Position numbers and translations under genes: made by a program
Assembly: GCA_949745755.1 (NCBI GenBank)
Contig: CATJZL010000065.1
Location: forward strand, 1,185 to 65,184
DNA: 64,000 nucleotides
Source of the DNA: an uncultured Bacilli bacterium
Lineage (GTDB): Bacteria > Bacillota_I > Bacilli_A > RF39 > UBA660
Direction: 5' to 3'
Shown: positions 30,016 to 39,679 of the stretch, piece after piece
How the letters are laid out: each line of letters opens with the position of its first letter
How positions within the stretch are numbered: the first letter of the stretch is position 1
Notes under the pieces: model-generated
The model's database searches: none
Told to the model about the DNA's origin: nothing
Seen by the model: the letters and a program-made list of their open reading frames with translations, nothing else

Positions 30016-30432
30016 CCGATCATCTCCCTTCAAGCAATTTCTATACCAACTATAATAAATCAAATTGTGGAAAAAAGAAACAAAAAAATTACAAAAAAAA
30101 GAATCCACAAAAAATCCACAAAGTTATCAACAATTAAATACCTTATAAACTATAATGTTAAATAAGTTATCCACATTTTCCACAAATTAAAATTCACAAT
30201 TGTGAATAGAGTTATAAACAAACATGTGTATTCTGTGGAAAATATATTTTATTACACACAAAAAAATGACCAAAAGAAATATCTTCTTATATATATTCTT
30301 ATACAATATAGAAAGGAAAAACGATAAATAAGAAAAAAGTACTAAAAAAATACATAATATAACAAATTTAATTGACAACTAAAAGATTTTTTTATTATAA
30401 TAAGGTAGATTTATGTCTGGAGGTGGAACTTT
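30016..30432. other. oriC upstream part: DnaA-box cluster between rpmH and dnaA.
   Basis: TTATCCACA at 30167..30175, TTTTCCACA at 30176..30184, a reverse-complement TTTCCACAA at 30065, AATCCACAA repeats at 30102..30120 and TTTTCCACAG (reverse) at about 30232. A -10-like TATAAT lies at 30151. Confidence 0.7.
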
Positions 30433-30555
30433 ATGAAGAGAACTTATCAACCAAATAACCGTAAAAAAGCAAAGAAATTAGGATTTTTTGCACGTAAAAA
30501 AACAAATATTCTAAATCGTCGTCGTCGTAAAGGTCGTAAAAGACTTTGTAAATAA
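30433..30555 (+). CDS. rpmH: 50S ribosomal protein L34.
   Basis: A 40-aa [43 protein letters not shown], with an AGGTGGA ribosome-binding site. Not in the ORF track because it is under 60 aa. Confidence 0.85.
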   Translation: MKRTYQPNNRKKAKKLGFFARKKTNILNRRRRKGRKRLCK

Positions 30556-30557
30556 TA

Positions 30558-30584
30558 CCACCGTTTTCAAAACAGTGGTTTTTT
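30558..30584 (+). terminator. Intrinsic terminator or attenuator between rpmH and rnpA.
   Basis: CCACCGUUUU-ca-AAAACAGUGG stem with one mismatch, then UUUUUU. Confidence 0.5.
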
Positions 30585-30604
30585 AAATTAAAAGAAGGGT
30601 TAAC

Positions 30605-30946
30605 ATGAAAAAATTATATATTGTAAAAACAAAAGAGGAATTTAATAATTTAATAAATAAAGGTTACTGTTCTAAAAATAAATATTTTGTAGTATATTCT
30701 AAAGACAACAATTTAAAATATGATAGATTTGGAATATCTGTTGGAAAAAAAATAGGCAAAGCAGTTACAAGAAATAAGTATAAGAGAAAAATAAGAAGTA
30801 TCATAGATATTTATAGAAAAGACTATCTAAAAAGAAAAGATTATATTATAATATTAAGAAGTAGAGCTTTGAATTTAAATTATAAAGACTTAAAAACAGA
30901 ATTATTTTCTCTACTGCTAAATAAAGGAGATCTAAATGAAAAATAA
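30605..30946 (+). CDS. rnpA: RNase P protein component.
   Basis: A 113-aa basic protein in the conserved rpmH-rnpA-yidC order, with the RNR motif region KAVTRNKYKR. Confidence 0.85.
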   Translation: MKKLYIVKTKEEFNNLINKGYCSKNKYFVVYSKDNNLKYDRFGISVGKKIGKAVTRNKYKRKIRSIIDIYRKDYLKRKDYIIILRSRALNLNYKDLKTELFSLLLNKGDLNEK

Positions 30947-31868
30947 AACCAAGAAAAGATTTATAATACTCACTTTACTATTAATTCTAACTACAGGCTG
31001 TACAAAAACCTTAACAGATAAAAATAATAAAGCAGTAACAAATAAAGTTACAGGACAAAACCTAACAGAAAATATTCTATGTAGACCAAAAGATAAAGAA
31101 ACAATAAAACAATATGAAAAAAACAAAGTAAATATTAAAAAATTACCAGAGTGTGAAAAATTTAAAATAAATGAAGGAAAATATGAGGGCCTATGGACAA
31201 CTTTTTTAATAAAACCATTAGCATTTTTTATACTCCAATTAGGAAAATTAACCAAAAATTATGCCTTAGCAGTAATACTAATTACACTAATAATTAGACT
31301 AATATGTTATCCATTTACAAGAAAAACAGCAATGCAATCAGAATTGATGAAACAAGCTCAACCTGAAATGCAACGTATACAAAAAAAATATGCTGGAAAA
31401 CAAGATGAAAAATCTATGATGATGCAATCACAAGAAATGTTAGCAATCTATAAGAAATATAACATATCACCTGCATCAGGATGTTTATTTTCACTTATCC
31501 AATTACCTCTTTTCCTAGCCTTTTATGAATCAGTACAAAGAATACCAGCTATATTTGAAGGGACTTTTTTAGGATTACAATTAGGTACAACTCCAACTGT
31601 GGGGATTACAACATCAACATTCTATATATATGTAATTCTTATGATATTAATTTCTCTAACAACTTATTATTCCTTTAAAATGAATATGTCAGGTCAAACA
31701 CTAGATCCTGCCATGAAAAATATGCCAATATACATGAGCGTAATGATAATAGTAACAGCACTATTTATGCCATCAGCATTATGTATTTATTGGCTAGTAA
31801 GTAATTTATGTACTATTTTCCAGAATATGGCTGTGAAAAAAAATAAAGTAGAGAGAAAAAGGAGTTAA
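30936..31868 (+). CDS. yidC: Membrane protein insertase YidC/SpoIIIJ, lipoprotein type.
   Basis: A 310-aa ORF with a lipobox LTTGC after the signal peptide and five TM helices of the Oxa1 fold. Confidence 0.85.
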   Translation: MKNKTKKRFIILTLLLILTTGCTKTLTDKNNKAVTNKVTGQNLTENILCRPKDKETIKQYEKNKVNIKKLPECEKFKINEGKYEGLWTTFLIKPLAFFILQLGKLTKNYALAVILITLIIRLICYPFTRKTAMQSELMKQAQPEMQRIQKKYAGKQDEKSMMMQSQEMLAIYKKYNISPASGCLFSLIQLPLFLAFYESVQRIPAIFEGTFLGLQLGTTPTVGITTSTFYIYVILMILISLTTYYSFKMNMSGQTLDPAMKNMPIYMSVMIIVTALFMPSALCIYWLVSNLCTIFQNMAVKKNKVERKRS

Positions 31869-31870
31869 AT

Positions 31871-32473
31871 ATGGAAAAACATATATTTACTGCTCCAACA
31901 AAAATCGAAGCAATAAACAACGCAAAAAAGAATTTAGTTGAAACAGAAAAAAATTTATTAATAAAAGAACTAAAAAAAAGTGACAAGGAAACAACAATAT
32001 GTGTTATAGAAAAAAGAGAAATATTAAATTTTATTGAAGAATACATAAAAGAGATATTAAAAAATATGGGATATAATTCTATAAATATCGAAGTAACCAA
32101 TAAAGATACAACACCAACCTTTACAATATATTCAGAAAATGATGCCTTACTAATTGGCAAAAATGGAAAAAATTTAAATGCTCTACAAACAATTATAAAA
32201 GAAACATTAAAAAAAGAACTAGATGATTATATTAAATTTATTGTAACAATAAGTGATTATAATGAAAAAAGAGAAAAATCTCTAATAAAATTAGCAAATA
32301 ATATAGCAGAAGAAGTAAGAGCAAGCCAAATAGAAGCAAATCTTGATTCAATGAATTCCTATGAAAGAAGAATCATACATAATAGTCTATTAAATAATAA
32401 ATATGTTTATACAGAAAGTGCTGGAGAAGAACCAAATAGATATATAATAATAAAACCCAAAAAAGAAAGATAG
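31871..32473 (+). CDS. jag: Jag/KhpB RNA-binding protein with KH and R3H domains.
   Basis: A 200-aa ORF in the conserved yidC-jag order. It has a GKNGKNLNALQ KH-like motif and a C-terminal R3H (SYERRIIHNSL). Confidence 0.75.
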   Translation: MEKHIFTAPTKIEAINNAKKNLVETEKNLLIKELKKSDKETTICVIEKREILNFIEEYIKEILKNMGYNSINIEVTNKDTTPTFTIYSENDALLIGKNGKNLNALQTIIKETLKKELDDYIKFIVTISDYNEKREKSLIKLANNIAEEVRASQIEANLDSMNSYERRIIHNSLLNNKYVYTESAGEEPNRYIIIKPKKER

Positions 32474-32616
32474 CAAAAAAGCTATCTTTTACTATTCATA
32501 TAATATGAAAAAATAGCCATTATAAAAAAATATTTTATTCTTTATAAATAAAAGTTATATGTTATAATAAGAAAAGTAAAAAAAGAAATAATAAAAAATT
32601 AGAAGTAGGTGAAAAA

Positions 32617-33972
32617 ATGGACGACACAATAGTAGCAATTTCAACCGCCTTAGGAGTAGGAGCCATATCAATCGTAAGAATGAGCGGAAATAATTGTATA
32701 GAAATAGCAAATAAAGTGTTTAAAGGAACAGATTTAACAAAAGTAGATTCCCATACTATTCATTATGGAAAAATAGTTGTTGATGAAGAAATAATAGATG
32801 AAGTTCTAGTAACAATAATGAAAAGTCCTAAAACATACACCACAGAAAACATAGTAGAAATCAATTGTCATGGAGGAATAAGCACTACAAAAAAAATAGT
32901 AGAAATACTGTTATTAAATGGAGCACGATTAGCAGAAAAAGGAGAATTTACTAAAAGGGCCTTTCTAAATGGAAGAATAGACTTAACCCAAAGTGAAGCA
33001 GTAATGGACTTAATAGAAAGTAAAACAAATAAAGAAAGAAATTTAGCAATAAATAACTTACAAGGAAACCTATTAAAAAAAATAGAAAAACTTAGAAATG
33101 AAATAAAAGACCTAATTTCACATATAGAAGTAAATATTGATTATCCAGAATATTATGATATAGAAATCATGACAGAAGAAAAAACAAAAAAAATAGTAGA
33201 AAAACAAATAAAAGAACTGAAAGAACTCATAAAAGAATCAGAAGACCACGAAATAATAAAAACAGGTATTAAAACAATTATTATAGGAAGACCAAATGTA
33301 GGAAAAAGTAGCATTTTAAATAGCCTTTTAGAATATGAAAAAGCAATTGTTACAGATATAGAAGGAACAACAAGAGATATAGTAGAAGGAAATATTTCTT
33401 TAGAAGGAATAGCACTTAATATAATAGACACAGCAGGAATTAGGAAAACAGAGGATAAAGTAGAAAAAATAGGAGTAAATAAAAGCCTCTCTCTAATAGA
33501 AGAAGCAGATCTAATTTTAGTAGTTTTAAATGGAAATGAAAAATTAACAAAAGAAGATAAAGAAATAATAGAAAAAACAAAAGAGAAAACGAGCATTATA
33601 GTAATAAATAAAAATGACTTACCAAAAAATATAGAAACAGAAAAGCTCTCTAATAGAATTACAATAGAAACAAATACAACTACAGCAAATGGAATAAATC
33701 CTTTAAAAGAAAAGATAAAAGAGTTATTTAATCTTGATAAGATAGAGTCAAAAAAGAATACATATCTAACAAATACAAGACAGATATCTCTTGCTAAAAA
33801 AAGCTTAAAATCTTTAGAGGAAGCAAAAAAATCCTTAGAGAAAGAAGAAGTATTAGATATGGTGGAAATAGATTTAAAAGAGGCATTTGATAATTTAGGA
33901 AAAATAATAGGTATAGACTATAGTGACGAAATAATAGATAACTTATTTCAAAATTTTTGTGTAGGAAAATAG
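32617..33972 (+). CDS. mnmE: tRNA modification GTPase MnmE.
   Basis: A 451-aa ORF with G-domain motifs GRPNVGKSS and DTAG and the C-terminal CxGK motif (CVGK). Confidence 0.9.
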   Translation: MDDTIVAISTALGVGAISIVRMSGNNCIEIANKVFKGTDLTKVDSHTIHYGKIVVDEEIIDEVLVTIMKSPKTYTTENIVEINCHGGISTTKKIVEILLLNGARLAEKGEFTKRAFLNGRIDLTQSEAVMDLIESKTNKERNLAINNLQGNLLKKIEKLRNEIKDLISHIEVNIDYPEYYDIEIMTEEKTKKIVEKQIKELKELIKESEDHEIIKTGIKTIIIGRPNVGKSSILNSLLEYEKAIVTDIEGTTRDIVEGNISLEGIALNIIDTAGIRKTEDKVEKIGVNKSLSLIEEADLILVVLNGNEKLTKEDKEIIEKTKEKTSIIVINKNDLPKNIETEKLSNRITIETNTTTANGINPLKEKIKELFNLDKIESKKNTYLTNTRQISLAKKSLKSLEEAKKSLEKEEVLDMVEIDLKEAFDNLGKIIGIDYSDEIIDNLFQNFCVGK

Positions 33973-33980
33973 GTGAAAAA

Positions 33981-35861
33981 ATGGAATATGAAATAATTGT
34001 AATTGGTGGAGGACATGCAGGATGTGAAGCATCTCTAGCAGCAGCTAGAAAAAATCATAAAACACTACTTATAACAGGAAATATTAAAAATATAGCAGAT
34101 ATGCCATGTAATCCTTCAATTGGAGGTCCTGCTAAGGGGATAATCGTAAGAGAAATAGATGCTTTAGGAGGAGAAATGGCTAAAAATGCAGACAAAGCCA
34201 TACTTCAAATTAAACTTTTAAATACCAAGAAGGGCCCTGCTGTTCAAGCATTAAGAGCACAAGTAGACAAAGTAGACTACCCAAGAGAAATGCTAAAAAC
34301 ACTTAAAAACACAAAAAATTTGGATATTTTAGAAGGAATAGTAGAACACCTAATCATAGAAGAAAATAAAATAAAAGGAGTAATACTAGAAAATGGAAAG
34401 GAAATAAAAACAGAAGCTTTAATTTTAACAACAGGAACATATCTAAAAAGTACAATTTTAATAGGAAGCGAAAAGAAAAGCGAAGGCCCTCATGGAGAAA
34501 AACCAAGTAAATACTTAAGTGATGACTTAAGAAAACTAGGGTTTACAATTCTAAGACTAAAAACAGGAACACCTCCAAGATTAGATAAAAATACAATTGA
34601 CTTCACAGAAACAACAGAAGAAACAGGAGATAATATTTATCATACCTTCTCTTTTGATAACAAAAAAAATTATGATATAGAAAGCCAAGTAAAATGTCAT
34701 TTAATCTATACAACAAAAGAAACACACGAAATAATCAAAAAAAATCTAGAAAAATCAAGCATGTATGGAGGTTATGTAGAAGGAGTTGGTCCAAGATATT
34801 GTCCTTCAATAGAAGATAAAGTAGTTAGATTTAGTGATAAAGAACGCCATCAATTATTCTTAGAACCAGAAAGTATAGATAGTACAAGTAAAGATTATGG
34901 AAATACAATATATATACAAGGATTTTCTACAAGTATGCCCTATGATGTACAAGAAAAAATGCTAAAATCATTACCTGGAATGAAAAATGTCAAAATATTA
35001 AAATATGCTTATGCTATAGAATATGATGCGATAGACCCTAGACAATTGAAACCAAGCCTAGAAACAAAGAAAATAGAAAATTTATTTACAGCAGGGCAAA
35101 TTAATGGCACCAGCGGCTATGAAGAAGCAGCAGGACAAGGACTAATAGCAGGAATAAACGCAAGCCTAAAACTAGAAAATAAAGAGCCATTAATATTAAA
35201 AAGAAATGAAGCATACATTGGTGTATTAATAGATGATTTGATAACGAAAGGAATAAAAGATCCTTATAGAATGTTAACATCTCGTGCAGAATATAGACTT
35301 TTATTAAGAAATGATAATGCAGATATAAGATTAACAGAGTATGGATATAAAATAGGATTAATAAAAGAAGACAGGTATGATTTATTTAAAAAGAAACAAC
35401 AAAAAATAGAAAAATTATTCAAATTATTAAAAGAAAATAAAATAACCCCAACCAAAGAGACAAATAAATATTTAAAACAAATAAATACCTCGATTTTGAA
35501 AGATAGTATAACACTATATGATCTATTAAAAAGACCAGAAGTAAAAATAGAACATTTAACTTATTTTATAGATATTCCATTTAATGAAGAAGAAAAAGAA
35601 TATGCTGAGATTAATATTAGATATGAAGGATATATAAAAAAAGCAAATCATGATGTAGAAAAAATGTTACAACTTGAAAATAAAAAAATTCCAGAAAATA
35701 TAAATTATCAAAAAATCAAAAACTTAGCAAGTGAAGCAAGAGAAAAATTAGAAAAAATAAGACCTACCTCTTTAGGACAAGCCTCACGTATAAGTGGAGT
35801 AAATCCTGCAGATATTGGAGTATTAATGGTATATTTAAAAAGGAATGAAAAAAATGACTAA
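33981..35861 (+). CDS. mnmG: tRNA uridine 5-carboxymethylaminomethyl modification enzyme MnmG.
   Basis: FAD-binding GGGHAGCEA. The start is chosen at MEYEIIVIGG, which has an AGGTGA ribosome-binding site. Confidence 0.9.
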   Translation: MEYEIIVIGGGHAGCEASLAAARKNHKTLLITGNIKNIADMPCNPSIGGPAKGIIVREIDALGGEMAKNADKAILQIKLLNTKKGPAVQALRAQVDKVDYPREMLKTLKNTKNLDILEGIVEHLIIEENKIKGVILENGKEIKTEALILTTGTYLKSTILIGSEKKSEGPHGEKPSKYLSDDLRKLGFTILRLKTGTPPRLDKNTIDFTETTEETGDNIYHTFSFDNKKNYDIESQVKCHLIYTTKETHEIIKKNLEKSSMYGGYVEGVGPRYCPSIEDKVVRFSDKERHQLFLEPESIDSTSKDYGNTIYIQGFSTSMPYDVQEKMLKSLPGMKNVKILKYAYAIEYDAIDPRQLKPSLETKKIENLFTAGQINGTSGYEEAAGQGLIAGINASLKLENKEPLILKRNEAYIGVLIDDLITKGIKDPYRMLTSRAEYRLLLRNDNADIRLTEYGYKIGLIKEDRYDLFKKKQQKIEKLFKLLKENKITPTKETNKYLKQINTSILKDSITLYDLLKRPEVKIEHLTYFIDIPFNEEEKEYAEINIRYEGYIKKANHDVEKMLQLENKKIPENINYQKIKNLASEAREKLEKIRPTSLGQASRISGVNPADIGVLMVYLKRNEKND

Positions 35862-36501
35862 AGAAGAATTTATAAAAGAAATAAAAAAATTAGGTCTATC
35901 CCCTACCTCACTCCAGTTAGAACAACTAGAAAAATATTATAATATGTTAATAAATTGGAATGAAAAAATAAACTTAACAAGAATTACAAAAAAAGAAGAT
36001 GTATATTTAAAACATTTTTATGATAGTTTAACTATAATAAAAATAATTGATTTAAAAAAAGAAGAAACACTCCTAGATTTTGGAACAGGAGCTGGATTTC
36101 CAGGAATGGTATTAAAAATAATGTTTCCAAATCTTAAAGTAACTCTTCTTGATTCACTAAATAAAAGAATAATTTTTTTAAATGAGGTAATAAAAGAATT
36201 AAACTTGAAAGAGATAGAAACAGTTCATGAAAGAATAGAAAAATATACAGAAAAAAGATTTGATGTACTAACAACAAGAGCAGTAGCCAATTTATCAAAA
36301 CTCATAGAATATACAAAAAACATAATGGATAAAAATACTAAATTCATTCCTCTAAAAGGTCATATAGAAGAAGAATTACAAGATGTTGAAAACAAAAAAC
36401 TATTACAAAAATATGGCTTAACAATAAGAGATAAAAAAGATTTTCTTCTCCCAAAAGAAAAAAGCACTAGAACGATATTATTAATTGAAAAAAGGAAATA
36501 G
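35845..36501 (+). CDS. rsmG: 16S rRNA m7G527 methyltransferase RsmG.
   Basis: A 218-aa ORF with a SAM motif (DFGTGAGFPG). Confidence 0.85.
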   Translation: MKKMTKEEFIKEIKKLGLSPTSLQLEQLEKYYNMLINWNEKINLTRITKKEDVYLKHFYDSLTIIKIIDLKKEETLLDFGTGAGFPGMVLKIMFPNLKVTLLDSLNKRIIFLNEVIKELNLKEIETVHERIEKYTEKRFDVLTTRAVANLSKLIEYTKNIMDKNTKFIPLKGHIEEELQDVENKKLLQKYGLTIRDKKDFLLPKEKSTRTILLIEKRK

Positions 36502-36775
36502 AATAAGTAAAAAATTGAAACAAAGAAAAAGTTTCTTTTTTATTAAAAGAAAAAATACAAAGAGAAAACAAAAAGTAGAAAAAATAAATCTATATTAATT
36601 TTTTAACAAATAGACAGAAACAAAGGAGAAAAGAAACATTTATTTAAAAGAAAGATAAAAAAGGAAGAACAAAAGAACCTCAAAAACTAGGAATCGCCCT
36701 TTTGTAAGAACTATATTACTATGTTAATATACTGTCTAAGAAAGGAGATGAAACGATAGAAATAGAGAAATAAAT

Positions 36776-36805
36776 ATTTATATACAACTAGTTGTATAAG
36801 CACTA
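36776..36805. repeat. An 18-bp perfect palindrome, TATACAACTAGTTGTATA, in the rsmG-noc intergenic region.
   Basis: Read directly from the sequence. Possible operator. Confidence 0.5.
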
Positions 36806-37130
36806 TAATAAATATAAGTACAGAAAGAAAGATAAAAGAACAAACTAAAAATATAAAGTAATGCTATAAAAATATGGAGCCATTAAAAATCTCCAATAAA
36901 AAACAACCTTATAATTAATAAAAAAACGCACAAAAATACAAATATAAAATATAATAAAATAAATACTAGAAAATAAAAAATTCCATTTCATAAAAAAAGT
37001 AACATCTTTAAAATATAAAGTTTTGGCTTAGCTTTCTATATATAAATGTACTAATATTAAATTAGTGCTTTTTTTGTGAGGAAAGTAAAAATTAAAATAG
37101 ATTAGCCTTCATTTCTGTTTCCACATTTTG

Positions 37131-37163
37131 CTTGAAAATAGTTTTTTCATCTGCTATAATCAT
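37131..37163 (+). promoter_or_regulatory. SigA-type promoter for the noc-like gene.
   Basis: TTGAAA, a 17-nt spacer, then TGcTATAAT (extended -10), about 30 nt upstream of the ribosome-binding site. Confidence 0.4.
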
Positions 37164-37191
37164 AATAGAATAGAAAGCGGGATGAAAAAAT

Positions 37192-38751
37192 ATGAATGAA
37201 AATCAAGAAGTAGTGTTTTTGCATTTAGATGATATTATACCAAATAGATTTCAACCTCGTGAAGTTTTTGACGAAAAAGCCTTAAAAGAATTAGCTATAT
37301 CAATAAAGGAGCATGGAGTAATCCAACCAATTATTGTTAGAAAAATAAATGAAAGTAAATATGAAATAATAGCAGGAGAAAGAAGATATAAAGCATCAGC
37401 TTTAGCAGGACTTACCCAAATACCTGCAATTATTAGGAATTTGGACGATAAAGAAGCTGCAAAAGTAGCTCTTTTAGAAAATCTACAAAGAAGAAATCTA
37501 AATCCAATAGAAGAAGCAAGAACTTATCAAAAAATAATAGAACTAGATCAAATGACACAAGAAGAATTAGCAAAAACAATGGGAAAAAGTCAGTCAGCAG
37601 TTGCGAATAAACTAAGATTACTCTCTTTAACGGAAGAAGTTCAAAAATCACTATTAAAGGAAGAAATATCAGAAAGACATGCCAGAACCTTACTAAATTT
37701 ACAAGATGCAGAAGAGCAAGTTGAAATGCTAAAAAAAGTAATAAAACAAAAAATGACAGTAAGACAATTAGAAAGTGAAATCAAGGAAAAAACAATAGTA
37801 CAAGATAAAAAAGATGAAATAAAAGATGAACAAGATTTAGCATCAATGATAAATCCAACACCTGTTCCTCTACCAAAAGAAAATAATAAAATAAATAACT
37901 CTTTTGAAACAAAGAAATCTCCTAATTTGATGGAAAACTTTATGAATAAGGAAAATGATATTCCACCCCTACCCTCTCTTCCTAAATTATCAGAAGATAT
38001 TATAAATTATGGAGAAATAAACAATGAAGAGGATGAGGAAGTAGAAGAAAATTCTTTAGATTTAAATGGAAATAATAATACATTGTTGACAAATCCAGTA
38101 AATTTAATAGATTTAAAAAACAATACTAAAGATATAGCAAATATCAATGATACAATAGAACCTATAAAAAAAGAAAACTCAGACCTAGACTCCTTATTAA
38201 ATGTAAAACCAAATTTAATGTCCCTACAAACAGAAGAAAAAGAAGATAAAAAATTAAGCCCAGCAGAAGAAGCATTAAAAGAAAGTGAAGAAAAAAATTA
38301 TGAAAACAAAGAAGACTATTTCAAGGCACCAAATTTAATGTCTATTGACTTACCAACTACAGGAATAACTCAAAAAGACAAATTAACAGATATGTTTTCA
38401 AATCCTACAACATCAAGCAATAGTCTAATAGATTTTGTAAAAAAACCAGCTACAAATCAAGAAAAGAAAGATTCATTAACAAATATGAATCAAACATTAT
38501 TCCACAAAAAGAATGATGAGGAAGACTCAAATGTTCCTTCAAAAAAATCTTTAGGAAGCTTCCTTATGAATGAAAATTTAAAAAATAATGCAAAGAACAA
38601 AGAGGAATATAATATTCAACAAATGGTTAATGAGATACGAAAAACATTAAAAGAATTAGAATCACATGGCGCTAAAATTGACACAGATGAAATGAATTTT
38701 GAAAACCAATATCAAATATTAATAAAAATAGATAAAGACAACAACTATTAG
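37192..38751 (+). CDS. noc: ParB/Noc-like nucleoid occlusion protein with a roughly 300-aa low-complexity C-terminal extension.
   Basis: The N-terminal 200 aa form a ParB N-domain (GERRYKAS) plus an HTH (QEELAKTMGKSQSAVANKLRLL). The rest is rich in Asn, Lys and Glu, with three PNLM(S/E) repeats. The rsmG-noc-soj-spo0J order is conserved. Confidence 0.7.
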   Translation: MNENQEVVFLHLDDIIPNRFQPREVFDEKALKELAISIKEHGVIQPIIVRKINESKYEIIAGERRYKASALAGLTQIPAIIRNLDDKEAAKVALLENLQRRNLNPIEEARTYQKIIELDQMTQEELAKTMGKSQSAVANKLRLLSLTEEVQKSLLKEEISERHARTLLNLQDAEEQVEMLKKVIKQKMTVRQLESEIKEKTIVQDKKDEIKDEQDLASMINPTPVPLPKENNKINNSFETKKSPNLMENFMNKENDIPPLPSLPKLSEDIINYGEINNEEDEEVEENSLDLNGNNNTLLTNPVNLIDLKNNTKDIANINDTIEPIKKENSDLDSLLNVKPNLMSLQTEEKEDKKLSPAEEALKESEEKNYENKEDYFKAPNLMSIDLPTTGITQKDKLTDMFSNPTTSSNSLIDFVKKPATNQEKKDSLTNMNQTLFHKKNDEEDSNVPSKKSLGSFLMNENLKNNAKNKEEYNIQQMVNEIRKTLKELESHGAKIDTDEMNFENQYQILIKIDKDNNY

Positions 38752-38890
38752 GCATAATAAAACTTATGCCTTTTATGATAGAATTTAAATAAAAATAAGA
38801 TTAAGTGACAAAAAGGGACAATTTTGTTTTCAAAAAAACAAATATTTGATACAATATATCTGGTTAGAACAAAAAGAAAAAGGTGATAAG

Positions 38891-39679
38891 ATGGGAAAAA
38901 CTATAGCATTAGTCAATCAAAAAGGTGGAGTAGGAAAAACTACAACCAGCATCAATCTATCTGCATCCCTTGCAGTATTAGGTAAAAAAGTATTATTAAT
39001 AGATTTAGACCCTCAAGGAAATACAACAACAGGAGTAGGAATAAATAAAGCTGACATAGAAAGAAGTATATATGATGTTTTAACAGGAACATGTAAAATG
39101 GAAGAGGCAGTTATACAAACAAAATTTAAGAAATTATCTATTATGCCTGCAACAATCAATCTAGCAGGTCTTGATATAGAATTATTAGAAAAAAGTCAAC
39201 ATGAGCCAGGATATCAAAAACAAAATCAGTTAAAAATAACCCTAGATACAATAAGAGAAGACTATGACTATATAATAATTGATTGCCCACCCTCTCTTGG
39301 ATTGATTACAACAAATGCCCTAACAGCATCAGACTCAGTAATCATTCCAGTTCAATGTGAATTTTTTGCTTTAGAAGGAATTATGCAATTATTAAATACA
39401 ATTATGCTTGCTCAAAAATCCCTAAATCCAACATTACAAATAGAGGGAGTTTTGCTAACAATGTTAGACTCTAGAACCAACTTAGGTTTTGAAGTAGTAG
39501 ACGATATTAGAAAATTTTTTAAAGAGAAAGTATACAATACAATTATTCCTAGATTAATAAGATTAACAGAAGCACCATCACATGGTGAGCCAATAATAGC
39601 CTATGATCCAAAAAGTAGAGGTTCAGAAGCTTATTTAAATCTTGCAAAGGAAGTGATTGAAAGAAATGGAAAACAGTAA
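38891..39679 (+). CDS. soj: ParA/Soj chromosome partitioning ATPase.
   Basis: Deviant Walker A motif KGGVGKTT. The start is chosen at MGKTIAL, which has an AAGGTGA ribosome-binding site. Confidence 0.85.
   Translation: MGKTIALVNQKGGVGKTTTSINLSASLAVLGKKVLLIDLDPQGNTTTGVGINKADIERSIYDVLTGTCKMEEAVIQTKFKKLSIMPATINLAGLDIELLEKSQHEPGYQKQNQLKITLDTIREDYDYIIIDCPPSLGLITTNALTASDSVIIPVQCEFFALEGIMQLLNTIMLAQKSLNPTLQIEGVLLTMLDSRTNLGFEVVDDIRKFFKEKVYNTIIPRLIRLTEAPSHGEPIIAYDPKSRGSEAYLNLAKEVIERNGKQ

Noticed and set aside
30016-30108. A 31-aa N-terminal extension of DnaA in the ORF track (MDSFFCNFFVSFF...).
   Set aside because: It is not conserved in DnaA. The internal ATG at 30015 has a ribosome-binding site and reads as a canonical DnaA N-terminus.
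30187-30378. A 63-aa minus-strand ORF in the rpmH-dnaA intergenic region.
   Set aside because: It lies within the DnaA-box cluster of oriC, and its hydrophobic low-complexity translation is an artefact of AT-rich origin DNA.
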